Positions 50,306 to 61,248 of a DNA stretch of 64,000 bases are shown one piece after another (positions within the stretch are counted from its first letter, which is position 1; each line of letters begins with the position of its first letter). The stretch is from Thermofilaceae archaeon. GTDB lineage: Archaea > Thermoproteota > Thermoprotei > Thermofilales > Thermofilaceae. The notes below the pieces were generated by a model. That model was given only the letters and a program-made list of their open reading frames with translations. It searched no databases and was not told where the DNA came from. The stretch lies in NCBI GenBank assembly GCA_038861545.1, contig JAWCCZ010000001.1, positions 320,001 to 384,000 on the forward strand, given 5' to 3'. Position numbers and translations under genes: made by a program.

Positions 50306-50863
50306 ATGTTCAACGTAGGCTTCAATGATTCGCGAAGCCTTAAGGTGGCTCTCGTTGCTCATTGCATACTGAATCAGAATACTGTTGCTCGCGGCTTAGC
50401 TATAGCACCCGGCTTACTTAGCAGCGTGGTTCGCGTACTAGAATCCCTTAATTATGGAGTAGTTCAGTTACCGTGCCCTGAAACACTTTATTCAGGGTTA
50501 CTTAGATGGTGGCAGACAAAAGAGCAGTATGAAAGCATAGGTTATAGGCTCCATTGTCGGAAATTAGCGCGGAACGTTACTGTACTATCTGGAGAGCTAA
50601 CTCGTTGTGGAGTAAGGATTGAAGCGGTAATCGGCTTACGGGGAAGCCCGTCCTGCGCAGTAAGTGAGGTCTCAGTCGGATGGCACGGCGGCGATCCCCT
50701 TAAAGCTGAACCAAGGAATAGGGTCTCCGGTATGGGTATTTTCATGTACGAACTTAAGCGAAGGCTTGAAAAAATTGGCGTTAAACCAATTTTCATAGAT
50801 ATTGAACGAAAGACGTTAGATAGGTCTGTAAGTGAAATGATCAAAGCCCTAACCCAGTCATAA
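50306..50863 (+). CDS. DUF523/TudS-related putative desulfidase
   Basis: VAHCILNQN, QLPCPE, GSPSC, GMGIFM; start moved to ATG 50306. Confidence 0.75.
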   Translation: MFNVGFNDSRSLKVALVAHCILNQNTVARGLAIAPGLLSSVVRVLESLNYGVVQLPCPETLYSGLLRWWQTKEQYESIGYRLHCRKLARNVTVLSGELTRCGVRIEAVIGLRGSPSCAVSEVSVGWHGGDPLKAEPRNRVSGMGIFMYELKRRLEKIGVKPIFIDIERKTLDRSVSEMIKALTQS

Positions 50864-50954
50864 ACCTTACAGAATAACATAAACACTATTTTTCTCTTAG
50901 CACACTACTGGAAAAAATAGGCTATTTATGTTTTACACGTAAATCCACTAAAGA

Positions 50955-51770
50955 CTAGAAAAGGCTTTTTTGGGCTACGCCTCTAGTAAGCTTGAGCGAA
51001 TCACCCAGCGAGAGGTGAATTACACTCACATTGGTTTCCCACGCTCTTGCTATCGTTTCCACAAGTTTAGGATCTTCTCTAGTCTTCTTCCACATATCGA
51101 AGTGCAACGGCACAATAACTTTCGCGTTAAGGTCTATCGCCGCTCGAACAGCATCACAAGGCGTCATATAGTCGTCTCTCCCCCTAAGGTTTCTGCCAAT
51201 ACAAAGGAAGGCAAGGTCTACAACGTAGTGGTCCCCTATATCCTTCAATCCGGGGAAATAGGAGGAATCTCCGCTATGGAAAATACTTCCTCCAGGGGTT
51301 TCAAGTAGATATGTTACAGCATGTTCTGAGTATAAGTCCCTAGCTTCAAATACTCTTAGCAGCATGTCGGTGCTCACCTTTAGCGAATCGCCTGGCTGTA
51401 CTTCTATTACGTTACCCTTAATTTTCTCGCTTGCTAACCAAGCCCTTACTCTTCCGGCAGAAGACGCAGGGCCGATGAATTTCGCACCAGTTTGTGCTAA
51501 TACAGGTACTATTGTCTCCCGGTGACAATGATCGGTATGCTCGTGTGTTGAAAGAATAGCCGTAGCTACCTTAATATCCGTTACGTCGACCGGCACCGCG
51601 ATCATGCGTAACCATTCCCTTGAGGGTGAGCCGCCGAAGTATGGGTCGACGTATATGAGTGACTCGCTACTCCTAACTGCAATACCGGCTCCTCCAAGAA
51701 ACCAAGCGATAACCTCGTTATGGCCTGGCTCGGCGTTTTCTATTTCCTCTATTAGATACCGCCCCCACAT
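50955..51770 (-). CDS. MBL-fold metallohydrolase, UlaG (L-ascorbate-6-P lactonase)-like
   Basis: THEHTDH, HSGDS, PLHFDMW. Confidence 0.8.
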   Translation of the reverse strand: MWGRYLIEEIENAEPGHNEVIAWFLGGAGIAVRSSESLIYVDPYFGGSPSREWLRMIAVPVDVTDIKVATAILSTHEHTDHCHRETIVPVLAQTGAKFIGPASSAGRVRAWLASEKIKGNVIEVQPGDSLKVSTDMLLRVFEARDLYSEHAVTYLLETPGGSIFHSGDSSYFPGLKDIGDHYVVDLAFLCIGRNLRGRDDYMTPCDAVRAAIDLNAKVIVPLHFDMWKKTREDPKLVETIARAWETNVSVIHLSLGDSLKLTRGVAQKSLF

Positions 51771-51973
51771 ATGCTTCGAATCACCTATGGAATCTTATCT
51801 TAAGTTTAATGTTTCCTAGTACTTTACCGGGACTTTTCAATATCCATTGTACCCTATAAATGTAAACCTCGCTTTGAGCAACTTAAAGTATTTTAGTCAT
51901 ATCTCATCTTTTTAATATTTCTTGCTAAATTATTTATCGAAAATAATAAAAATGTTTGAATCTTCTAAAATAC

Positions 51974-53865
51974 ATGGATGATAGAGACTCTTACCTGTGG
52001 CTTGAAAATATTGAAGAGCCTGTTGTAGTCAAGTGGGCTCTTGAAAGAGACAGTAAGACTAGGGAAAACTTCACGGGTTTTCGGAGAAACTCGAACCACG
52101 AGTTTCTAAGTACTTCTCATTACCTAGGATTCTTTCCGTTAAATGTACGGGCAAGGGTTGCTTCATCCTTAAAAGGGAGGCAATGAAATTTAGTACAGAG
52201 CTGCTATACCGAGACGGCGATAGAAAGGTTCTCGTAAGCTCTGATGAAATAGGTGAAGGCATAATAATAACCAGTTTATATGCTTCGCAGGATGGAGAGT
52301 TATTTGCCTACTTCTTCACGAAGGGGTCTGATGAAGGAGTGCTTAGAATTGCTGAGACGGAAAGTGGTGAAAAAGTCGACGAGATCAAAGGAGTTGTAGG
52401 GTCTATAGTGTTTCTCGATGATGGTAGCTACTACTACATTAGACAGTATAGAAAAGATAGAACGCCAGATGGCATCAAGCCGCCAGCCGAGCGGGTCTTT
52501 CATAGGGCGGACGGGGGCGAGGAGATGGTTTTCGGTAAGGGTATACCTACTCAATACCATATGTGGCTCGAGGCCTCGAGCGACGCCTCTAAGGCATTAC
52601 TGACCCTGATGCGCGGTTGGAGTTCAAGTAAGGTATATGGAGGAGACTTAAAAGAGCCAGCACAGTGGAAGCACATTTACGGAACGGGAGAGTTTTTGGT
52701 CAACCACATAGATTATTCAAGTGGATTCTACTTCATCGCCTCATACGAGGGAGCGGGTCGGGGCAGAGTGCTCTCCGTGAGAGAAGATGGATCAATCAAA
52801 TTGTTAGTTAGAGAAAGCTCATGTGTGCTCAAAGACGCTATGCTGGTTGAAAAAGAACTTTTACTACATTACCTCGTCGACTGTTCCTCAGAACTTGTAT
52901 CTTTTAATCTCACTAGTCGAAAGCGGCACAAACTGCCCATTGAGCACCCAGGATCTATCACGACGGTATCCTCAGGATTAAGGGAGGCGGTACTCGTATT
53001 TGAATCGTTCAACGTTCCATTTAAGCTTTACAGGTACTCAAAAGGCAAACTTAAACTGCTTTTGTCTGAAGAGTTAAGCAACGGTTTCATCGTAGAGGAA
53101 TGCTGGGTTACATCTAGAGATGGAACGAAAGTTCACGCATTTGTATTCAGGAAAGATGGAGTGAGTGCCGATAAAATCCTGCTATACGGGTACGGAGGAT
53201 TCGGGATTTCGCTGACACCTACATTTTCACCTGGAACGGTGGTTTTTGTGGAAGATGGGGGTACATACGTGGTAGCTAACCTGCGCGGTGGTGGAGAGTA
53301 TGGCGAAGAGTGGCATAGAGCAGGTATGGGTAGGAATAAGCAAAATGTTTTTGAAGACTTTATCGCTTGTGCTGAATATTTCAAAAGTAAAGGGGCTAAA
53401 GTGGTGGCTCACGGTGTAAGTAACGGCGGACTACTTGTTGGGGCTGTTTTAACTCAGAATCCGGAGTTACTTGATGGAGCGGTAATCGGATACCCGGTGC
53501 TTGACATGCTCAGGTTTCCCAAGCTACACATAGGTAAACTCTGGGTATCAGAGTACGGGAACCCTGACGATCCTGAAGAGAGGGAGTATTTACTCAGGTA
53601 TTCACCTTACCATAATATAAGAGTCGTAGAATATCCCCCAGTATTGGTGTATACTGGTCTGCAGGATGATCGGGTTCACCCAGCACATGCGTTAAAATTC
53701 GTCGCAAAATTAGAAGAAGTTGGAGCTAAGGTTCTGCTAAGAGTAGAGCAGGCTAGCGGCCACATGGGAGCCGCTCCTCGGCTTAAAGCTAAGGAAGCCA
53801 GCGATATTTTAGCGTTTATTTACAAGGTTCTGGGTTTAAAACCAAGGTTAGGTATACACGAGTAA
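51974..53865 (+). CDS. Prolyl oligopeptidase (S9A), one frameshift near the 5' end
   Basis: DSYLWLEN, YGYGGF, GVSNGG, DDRVHP, GH. Adding one A to the A4 run at 52065 joins ORFs 51956 and 52183. Confidence 0.88.
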
Positions 53866-53912
53866 ATATAATTAAAAACCTACTATAGCAAAAGTATTGG
53901 AAAAGTGTGGAG

Positions 53913-54966
53913 TTGAAAAAAAGGTTTCTGGGTCAATTTACCAGAGGTTCTTGAAAAGGGAGTCGAAAAATCAGTTAGGCAATTAAAGTCGATTGGTGCA
54001 GAGGAGGTTTATATTCTTATTTCAAGTGGCTCTGGGACTCTTTATCCCAGTGTTATACGGCCGCAGGAAGAGAGGTTCACGGGTAAGGATTTAGTCACTC
54101 CTTTTGTTAAAGAAGCTAAAAGGCAAGGGTTAGAGGTGCATGCTTGGGTAGTTTCCTTAAACTTCTATAACTCCAAATTTATTCAGGGAAGAGCGAACTT
54201 ATACGTTGTAAACAAAGAAGGTATTACTTGCTTAAAAGATCCACCTTACGTAACCTATTACAAATGGCTTTGCTCAAGTAGGGCAGAAGTGCGAGACAAC
54301 CTAACAGATCTACTAATTGAAATTATCTCAAAGTACGAGGTCGATGGAGTACACCTTGATTACATAAGATTCCCGGATGTGATTCTTCCCAAGGCTTTGA
54401 GAAGCAAATACGAGGGAGTACCCAGCGAAGAAATCATCCTCCCCAAATTTGACTATTGTTATTGTGCTGTTTGCAGAGATGGATTTGAGAAGGATTTCGG
54501 CGTAAATCCTATGAAGCTGAGGATACTGGAGCCAGCTTATGGGAAATGGTTTGGATGGCGTGCGAGGAAAATAACAGAGCTTGTCAAATTTGTGTATAGA
54601 AAAGTAAAAAATATGACCTAAATATTCAAGTTTCTGCCGCCGTCTTCGCATCCCCTAAACTAGCTTACGAGTATGTTTTACAGGACTGGCCGCATTGGGA
54701 GTTAGACCACTACAATCCGATGATTTATCATAAATATTATGACATGGATTACAGGTGGATTGGGAAAGCTGTGAGGGAGGGTGTGCTGAGAGGTACTGAG
54801 GTTCGAGCCGGTATTCTGTTAGACTTTTTTTGAATCTAAGGGGGAATTAAAGGAGTCCCTGAGTCAAATTAAAGATAATAGTGCATCGGGAGTAACATTC
54901 TTTATCTATCCGCTCCCCAGAGCCAAGCTTCTAGACTGGGTTAAGGAAAGCTGTGCCGCTGTCTGA
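53913..54966 (+). CDS. GHL10/DUF187-like glycoside hydrolase, three homopolymer frameshifts
   Basis: GLEVHAW, VDGVHLDYIRFP, VSAAVF, QDW, PMIY. Indels at A7 53916, A6 54606 and T7 54825. Confidence 0.7.
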
Positions 54967-55066
54967 GTTTCTTGTGTACAGTTAACCTTGCCGGAAATTC
55001 TACCGCTGGATATATGTAGTTAATGTTATGTTTTTTTACCACGGTAGCTCTTTTTATACGATAAGG

Positions 55067-57238
55067 ATGGTGACAATAGACCAGCTCGAAAAATTACTTT
55101 CTCAAATGAATTTGGAGGAAAAAGCTAAACTCCTCGTAGGCATAGGGATGCCTGGTTGGTTTGGGAATCCTCATTCAAGAGTTCAAGGCGCTGCTGGAGA
55201 GACGCACCCTATAGAGAGGTTAGGTATATCTTCTGTGGTTATGGCTGATGGACCAGCTGGTGTTAGAATTAATCCTACACGAGAAGGCGATGTTAGGACT
55301 TTTCATGCTACAGCTTTCCCAGTAGCCACCATGCTGGCTTCAACTTGGAATCTTGAATTGGTGGAGAAAGTCGGAGAAGCTATGGGTGAGGAGGCAAGAG
55401 AGTACGGCGTTGATATTCTTCTTGCACCGGGTATAAATATACACAGGAATCCCTTGTGTGGGAGGAATTTCGAGTACTACAGCGAGGATCCATTGCTTAC
55501 TGGGGAGATAGCTGCCGCTTTTGTTAAAGGTGTGCAATCGCGGGGAGTTGGCGCGTGTTTAAAGCATTTTGTGGCTAATGAGCAAGAGACGAATAGGTTT
55601 ATCGTAGATACAATAGTTTCAGAGAGAGCTTTAAGAGAGATTTACCTAAAGGGGTTTGAGATAGCTGTCAAGAAAGCTAAACCTTGGGTTGTGATGAGTG
55701 CTTACAATAAGCTTAATGGTAAATATTGCTCGCAAAACGAGTGGCTATTAACAAAAGTCCTTAGGGAGGAATGGGGCTTCGATGGGTTCGTTGTTACTGA
55801 CTGGTTCGCAGGAGAAGACCCCGTAGAGCAACTGAAAGCCGGTAACGATATGATCATGCCTGGGAGAGCCCACCAGATAAACCCAAATAGGAAGGATGAA
55901 GTAACCGAGCTAGTAAACGCTGTAAAAGAGGGAAGGCTGAGCGAAGATACTCTTAATGCCAGTTTAAAACGTGTGTTAAGTGTACTTTCAAGAACTTTGG
56001 CTTTCAAAGGTTACAGGTGCTCTAACGCTCCTGATCTCAATGCCCACGCTAAGATCGCATATGAAGCAGGAGCAGAAGGGGTTATTCTATTGAAAAACGA
56101 AAACGTGCTTCCGTTAAAGGAGAACACAAGAGTTGCCTTATTCGGGACTGGACAAATCGAGACGATTAGAGGTGGCACAGGAAGTGGCTGGACTCATCCA
56201 AGGTATGCCGTAACAATTCTAGAGGGTATGAGAAGTAGCAGGCTGAAGGTGGACGAAGAGTTGGCTAAAACATACGAGAGCTACGTGCGAGAGATGCGAG
56301 AAAGGGAGGAGTATAAGGTGAAAACATTCTTCGGTCAGCCAGTCTTAACACCTTTACCGGAGGATTTCTTAGACGAAAAGTCTGTGAAAATGTATGCGGA
56401 AAGGAATGATGTCGCCGTCATAGTCATAAGCAGAATATCGGGCGAAGGAGCTGATAGGAAACCAGAAGAAGGGGATTTTTACCTATCTAAGAGCGAGCGA
56501 GTACTTTTAACGAAGGTAACTTCAGCTTTTCACGCTCTCGGCAAGAAAGTTATCGCTGTTTTAAACATCGGTTCTCCTATCGAAGTAGCGAGCTGGAGGG
56601 ATCAGGTAGACGCTATACTGTTAGTGTGGCAAGCTGGTCAGGAAATCGGCCGGGTAGTAGCCGATGTCATAATTGGAGTAATAAACCCTTCAGGTAAGCT
56701 TCCCACGACTTTTCCCAAGGATTACGAGGACGTTCCATCTTGGACTTTCCCTGGCGAGCCTAGGGATAACCCGAAGAAGGTTGTATACGAAGAAGGCATT
56801 TACGTAGGTTACAGGTTCTATGATACGTTTGGTGTAGAACCTGCTTACGAGTTTGGATACGGGCTCAGCTACACGACTTTCGAGTACAGGAACCTCAAGG
56901 TAACGGTTGAAGGCGACTCGGCGAGGGTATCGTTTGAGGTTTTAAACACGGGGAAGTATCCCGGAAAGGAGGCTGCTCAGGTTTACGTGAAAGCGCCAAA
57001 AGGTAGAATTGATAAACCGTTTCAAGAGCTGAAAGGTTTCCGTAAAACAAAGCTTCTTAACCCCAATGAGGTCGAGACAGTTGAGATAATTATCGGTATC
57101 AAATCTCTTGCTAGCTTTGACGGTACAGAATGGATTGTGGAAAAAGGAGACTACGAGGTTAGAGTTGGTTCTTCTTCTAGAGATATAAGGCTGACAGGAG
57201 TTTTCAATATAGATAAGGACATTAGGTTTAAACCCTAG
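55067..57238 (+). CDS. GH3 beta-glucosidase/xylosidase (Thermotoga Bgl3B-like)
   Basis: DGPAG, GRNFEYYSEDP, KHF, VTDW, FGYGLSYT, FnIII-like C-terminus; start at ATG 55067. Confidence 0.95.
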   Translation: MVTIDQLEKLLSQMNLEEKAKLLVGIGMPGWFGNPHSRVQGAAGETHPIERLGISSVVMADGPAGVRINPTREGDVRTFHATAFPVATMLASTWNLELVEKVGEAMGEEAREYGVDILLAPGINIHRNPLCGRNFEYYSEDPLLTGEIAAAFVKGVQSRGVGACLKHFVANEQETNRFIVDTIVSERALREIYLKGFEIAVKKAKPWVVMSAYNKLNGKYCSQNEWLLTKVLREEWGFDGFVVTDWFAGEDPVEQLKAGNDMIMPGRAHQINPNRKDEVTELVNAVKEGRLSEDTLNASLKRVLSVLSRTLAFKGYRCSNAPDLNAHAKIAYEAGAEGVILLKNENVLPLKENTRVALFGTGQIETIRGGTGSGWTHPRYAVTILEGMRSSRLKVDEELAKTYESYVREMREREEYKVKTFFGQPVLTPLPEDFLDEKSVKMYAERNDVAVIVISRISGEGADRKPEEGDFYLSKSERVLLTKVTSAFHALGKKVIAVLNIGSPIEVASWRDQVDAILLVWQAGQEIGRVVADVIIGVINPSGKLPTTFPKDYEDVPSWTFPGEPRDNPKKVVYEEGIYVGYRFYDTFGVEPAYEFGYGLSYTTFEYRNLKVTVEGDSARVSFEVLNTGKYPGKEAAQVYVKAPKGRIDKPFQELKGFRKTKLLNPNEVETVEIIIGIKSLASFDGTEWIVEKGDYEVRVGSSSRDIRLTGVFNIDKDIRFKP

Positions 57239-57241
57239 CAC

Positions 57242-58768
57242 TTAGGCGATTTGAGCTAACTCCTTAAATTTTTCTTTAAGAGCTGGATAAAGTTCCCTGT
57301 ACAGTTTATAATAACTGTTATACAATTCTCCGTTAACAGGGTTGTACTTAATATAATCTTTCGTTCTCACCATTCCTTTAACTGCGTCCTTAACTGAACT
57401 GTAAGCACCAACGCCTACGCTGGCGAGTATAGCTGCGCCAAATGAAGAACCTTCATCTACCTCCATCGTGTACGCATCTGCTCCGAGCACGTCTGCAAGT
57501 ATCTGCCTCCACAAAGCGCTGCGAGCGCCACCGCCTAAAACCCTTATTTCCCTAGCCTTTACCCCTAGAGAGCCCATAAGCTCTAGGGAATCCCTTAACC
57601 CATAACAAACACCCTCCAGTATTGCTCGTATGATATGCGTACGGCCATGCTTTAAAGAAAGCCCGAAAAACACCCCACGGGCATAAGGATCGGCATGCGG
57701 TGTGCGTTCTCCGCTTAAGTACGGTAGGAAGATAAGGCCTTCAGAGCCAGGCGGAGTATTTTCAGCTTCCTTGCATAAAACATCATAAGGGTCTACTCCG
57801 ATAATCTCTGCTAAGCTTTTCTCAAGCTGGCCTAGCTTATCTCGGAACCATCTAAAGCTTCCCCCTGCAGCCAGCATAACCCCCATCAAATGCCAAGCGC
57901 CTGGTACGGCATGACAAAAGCCGTGGAGCCTTCCTAGGGGATCATACCTATAAGCGTCGCTGTGAGTGAACACGACGCCTGAGGTACCAATGTTTACAGA
58001 GACTATACCTTCTTCTATAACACCAGCTCCCACGCCAGCAGCCCCTTGATCGCCCGCGCCAGCTACCACAGGTATTCCTTTCCGCAATCCAATTTCTTCA
58101 CTGGCCTCCGCAATAACTTCACCTCTAACTTCAGGAGACTCTAGGAACTCTGGCAAGGACTCGTAAGGTATGCCGAGCTCTTCAACCATCTCATCAGACC
58201 ATCTCCTGTTTTTAACGTCGAAAAGGGATGTACCTGACGCATCGTTAACATCGGTCTTAACCTCGCCCGTTAGCCTGAACCCCACGTAGTCTTTAGGTAG
58301 CATGAATTTCCACATAGCGTTAAAGTTCTCTGGTTCATGCCTTTTAACCCATAAAAGCTTCGGCGCCGTAAAACCGGTATGTGCTATGTTCCCCGTGATC
58401 GAGACTAGCCGTTCCAGGCCTATTTTCTTGTTTATGTACTCAGCTTCCTCACCTGTGCGTTGGTCATTCCACAAGATAGCTGGCCTTATAACCTTCATCC
58501 CACGGTTTAACATTACCAGCCCGTGCATCTGCCCAGTCAAGCCTATTCCTTCCACATACTCAGGCTTAATGCGGCTTTTCTCTAACACTGTTTTGGTCGA
58601 TCTAACAGTAGCTGCCCACCATTCATCGGGATGTTGCTCAGTCCAGCCAACTTTAGGAGTGTATAACGGGTACTCGGAGGTGTGGGAGGTTACAACAACA
58701 CCCTGTTCATTGATTAGCAAAACTTTAGTGCCAGTCGTCCCCACGTCGATTCCGAGGAAATATGGCAA
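57242..58768 (-). CDS. xylB: Xylulokinase (FGGY kinase)
   Basis: GIDVGTTG, GQMHG, WND, GAGDQ, GTSG, LPYLSGERTP. Confidence 0.88.
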   Translation of the reverse strand: MPYFLGIDVGTTGTKVLLINEQGVVVTSHTSEYPLYTPKVGWTEQHPDEWWAATVRSTKTVLEKSRIKPEYVEGIGLTGQMHGLVMLNRGMKVIRPAILWNDQRTGEEAEYINKKIGLERLVSITGNIAHTGFTAPKLLWVKRHEPENFNAMWKFMLPKDYVGFRLTGEVKTDVNDASGTSLFDVKNRRWSDEMVEELGIPYESLPEFLESPEVRGEVIAEASEEIGLRKGIPVVAGAGDQGAAGVGAGVIEEGIVSVNIGTSGVVFTHSDAYRYDPLGRLHGFCHAVPGAWHLMGVMLAAGGSFRWFRDKLGQLEKSLAEIIGVDPYDVLCKEAENTPPGSEGLIFLPYLSGERTPHADPYARGVFFGLSLKHGRTHIIRAILEGVCYGLRDSLELMGSLGVKAREIRVLGGGARSALWRQILADVLGADAYTMEVDEGSSFGAAILASVGVGAYSSVKDAVKGMVRTKDYIKYNPVNGELYNSYYKLYRELYPALKEKFKELAQIA

Positions 58769-58842
58769 GATGGATCCCCAGTAATTTTCAGCACGCTCGT
58801 AATTATTATTAGCGCCAACTTACTGTATATACGGGATTACAA

Positions 58843-59535
58843 ATGAATTGGAAGGCTAACATGCGCAAGATTCTGATCTCAGGATCTATATTGGATGCCG
58901 ATTTTTCGAACTTAGCTGCCCAGGTCGCCACCGCGGTGAAAGGCGGCTTAGATTTACTGCATTTTGACATAGCTGATACGACGTTTACACCAACTATCAG
59001 CTTTGGACCAAAGGTAGTTTCCTCTATTCTTAAAGCGGTGGGAGTCCCAGGTGAAGCGCACCTAATGGTCTCCTCTCCTATGCAACTTGTGCAACAGTTA
59101 GCTGGTTTAGACTTAACACGTATATATTTCCACGTAGAAGCAACCTCAACACCTTATCGAGTAATATCCAAGATAAAAAACATCGGCGCCGACGCAGGCT
59201 TGGTCCTAAACCCCTCGACCAGCTTAAGCGCCGTAGAGTATCTGCTAGCCGATGTAGACTCTATTCTGGTTTTGCTTGTTGAGCCAGGGTTAGGGGGTCA
59301 AGAAATGATGGATCGACTATTAAACAAGGTGCGTGCTCTCCAATTGCTAAAAGAGAAAGAAGGTTTCAAATACTCGATAGCTGTTGACGGCGGGATCAAA
59401 CCGCATAACGTAGTAGAGGTAGCTAGAGCTGGCGCGGATATTGTAGTCATAGGTTCTGCGATATTCGGAAGTAAGGACCCCCTTGCATCGGTTGCCGGGA
59501 TAAGAGAAAAGCTCCGTGAAGCTGGTTTTCTTTAA
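58843..59535 (+). CDS. rpe: Ribulose-phosphate 3-epimerase
   Basis: SILDAD, HFDIAD, HLM, VEPGLGGQ, VDGGI. Confidence 0.9.
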   Translation: MNWKANMRKILISGSILDADFSNLAAQVATAVKGGLDLLHFDIADTTFTPTISFGPKVVSSILKAVGVPGEAHLMVSSPMQLVQQLAGLDLTRIYFHVEATSTPYRVISKIKNIGADAGLVLNPSTSLSAVEYLLADVDSILVLLVEPGLGGQEMMDRLLNKVRALQLLKEKEGFKYSIAVDGGIKPHNVVEVARAGADIVVIGSAIFGSKDPLASVAGIREKLREAGFL

Positions 59536-60440
59536 AACTCTATTAACCGGGCCGGCCCCCACTCAATATTGCTTACTAAAACTTTAGCCTTAAGTTTTCT
59601 TAGACATTCAGCAACCTGCTCCGCACAGTCTCTATAGGCTAATGCGAAAACGGTTTCTCCTATCATGGCTTGCGATGCACCTATCGCACCAGTTCTCTCA
59701 GCCTTGATTATAGCGTCCCGCACCCGCTCAGTTACGAAACCTGCTTGCTCGGTGAAAATCCTACAGCAATTTATAAAGTTCTCAAGGGTCGGGTTATCAA
59801 CCAGCTTACTCACTAGTTTCTGCCCGAGTTCGTTTACTTTGTTAATGTTAGTTTTTGAGAGAGCTACCCGCTTATCGATACTTGAGAAGAAGCCGATAAC
59901 TACCTTCAAGCCTGGATCCACGAGTATCCTGTCGACTTTATCAAATCCAGGGGCACCGGGTTCCCGTACCACGACAACACCACCAACAACTAGACCCGAT
60001 ATAGTTCCCAAACCAGTACCCTCCTCGATTTCCGCTACATGGGCTTCCCGGGCTAGCTCGTAATAACTCATTTTAACATTCAAGGCTTTTCCTAATGCGA
60101 TTGCCATGGCGAGAGCGCACGCACCACTGGTTCCTAGACCACCCCCTATCGGTACTTTCACGTACTGTTTTACAGTAACCCTATAGTTTCCTTCGACTTT
60201 ACCTTTCTCTAAAACTCTTTGGAGAATTCTTTTAGCGAGACCCAGCTCGACTTTACTACCATTCAAGTAGGTATCAAGGGACCATTTTTTCCCCTCTTCA
60301 ATTTCCACGATCACTTCTACTCCTTTAGTCAGCACTATACCGGCTCCTCTGGCGCCTTTGCAGTAGGGGTCTAAAGGATCGGTATAAGCGGAGAAAATAC
60401 CTGACAAACCAGCAGGTGAGTATGCTTTCACGGCTTTCAT
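59532..60440 (-). CDS. Pantoate kinase (GHMP family)
   Basis: PIGGGLGTSG, AHVAE...GTGLG, PGAPG, SQAMIGETVF. Confidence 0.85.
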   Translation of the reverse strand: MKAVKAYSPAGLSGIFSAYTDPLDPYCKGARGAGIVLTKGVEVIVEIEEGKKWSLDTYLNGSKVELGLAKRILQRVLEKGKVEGNYRVTVKQYVKVPIGGGLGTSGACALAMAIALGKALNVKMSYYELAREAHVAEIEEGTGLGTISGLVVGGVVVVREPGAPGFDKVDRILVDPGLKVVIGFFSSIDKRVALSKTNINKVNELGQKLVSKLVDNPTLENFINCCRIFTEQAGFVTERVRDAIIKAERTGAIGASQAMIGETVFALAYRDCAEQVAECLRKLKAKVLVSNIEWGPARLIEF

Positions 60441-61150
60441 TTATTCGCACCTGGCAAAATTCTCCCAACGGTTTTCATTATGGGTGGAACAAGAGCAGTC
60501 ATAAACGGTATTTCGGTTGCGTAAGTCCATACAAACCAGGCTAGCGCTGCCGAGACGGCTAACCGTGAAGTTCCCGAGGGCAATGTGAAAAATTGGCTGT
60601 AAGCGTAAACCCCAAGGCCGATGATCCCAGATCCCAGTATCAAGCCAGTATTGCAAGCCAGCGCTATGCTCGGAGAGCCTATGCTGCTGTAAGCTATGGT
60701 AAAAAAGGCAGCTACTCCGACGCCAAGCAAGTATGCAATAGCCTCAGGCCAGGTAAGTAGTCCACTTTGTAGGAGTGCAATTATTAGGGCGGCTACTCCA
60801 AACTCTTCAAGAATTGCTGCAAGTAACCATGTCTTGCCGCTGTTTTTAATACGCTCATGGAGAGCACCGATAACGAAAAAGCAGAGAAAATTAGCAGGAA
60901 CACCAACAGTTAAGCTGAGAAGCATGTTGCCATGAATTAGCATGTCACTGATGAAAATACCAATAGCTGCTCCTAACCCTCCGATTAAACCTCCGAAAAG
61001 GACAGCGAAGAGTGCTGGTACAAAAACGGATGGCCAAAACCTCACTACTCCGATAACCGGGGTGAATAAACCTAGGTAGCTAGCGTAGCCTAGCGTTGCG
61101 TAAAGAGCTGCGTTTAGGGAGACGAGCGATACAAGCCTGCTTAACCTCAC
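60437..61150 (-). CDS. Solitary ECF transporter S component
   Basis: AALYA, VRFWP, FG...GAAIGIFISD; ATGA overlap with pantoate kinase. Confidence 0.8.
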   Translation of the reverse strand: MRLSRLVSLVSLNAALYATLGYASYLGLFTPVIGVVRFWPSVFVPALFAVLFGGLIGGLGAAIGIFISDMLIHGNMLLSLTVGVPANFLCFFVIGALHERIKNSGKTWLLAAILEEFGVAALIIALLQSGLLTWPEAIAYLLGVGVAAFFTIAYSSIGSPSIALACNTGLILGSGIIGLGVYAYSQFFTLPSGTSRLAVSAALAWFVWTYATEIPFMTALVPPIMKTVGRILPGANK

Positions 61151-61183
61151 AGCATACTATGCTGACCCCGAACTATAAACATC

Positions 61184-61212
61184 GTGTTCAAGAAGTTTAA
61201 TTTCTTGAACAC
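61184..61212. promoter_or_regulatory. Perfect 11-bp inverted repeat between divergent genes
   Basis: GTGTTCAAGAA-GTTTAAT-TTCTTGAACAC. Confidence 0.6.
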
Positions 61213-61248
61213 AGGTACGCTTTTATTTCAGGAGCTTTACGTTGAAAC

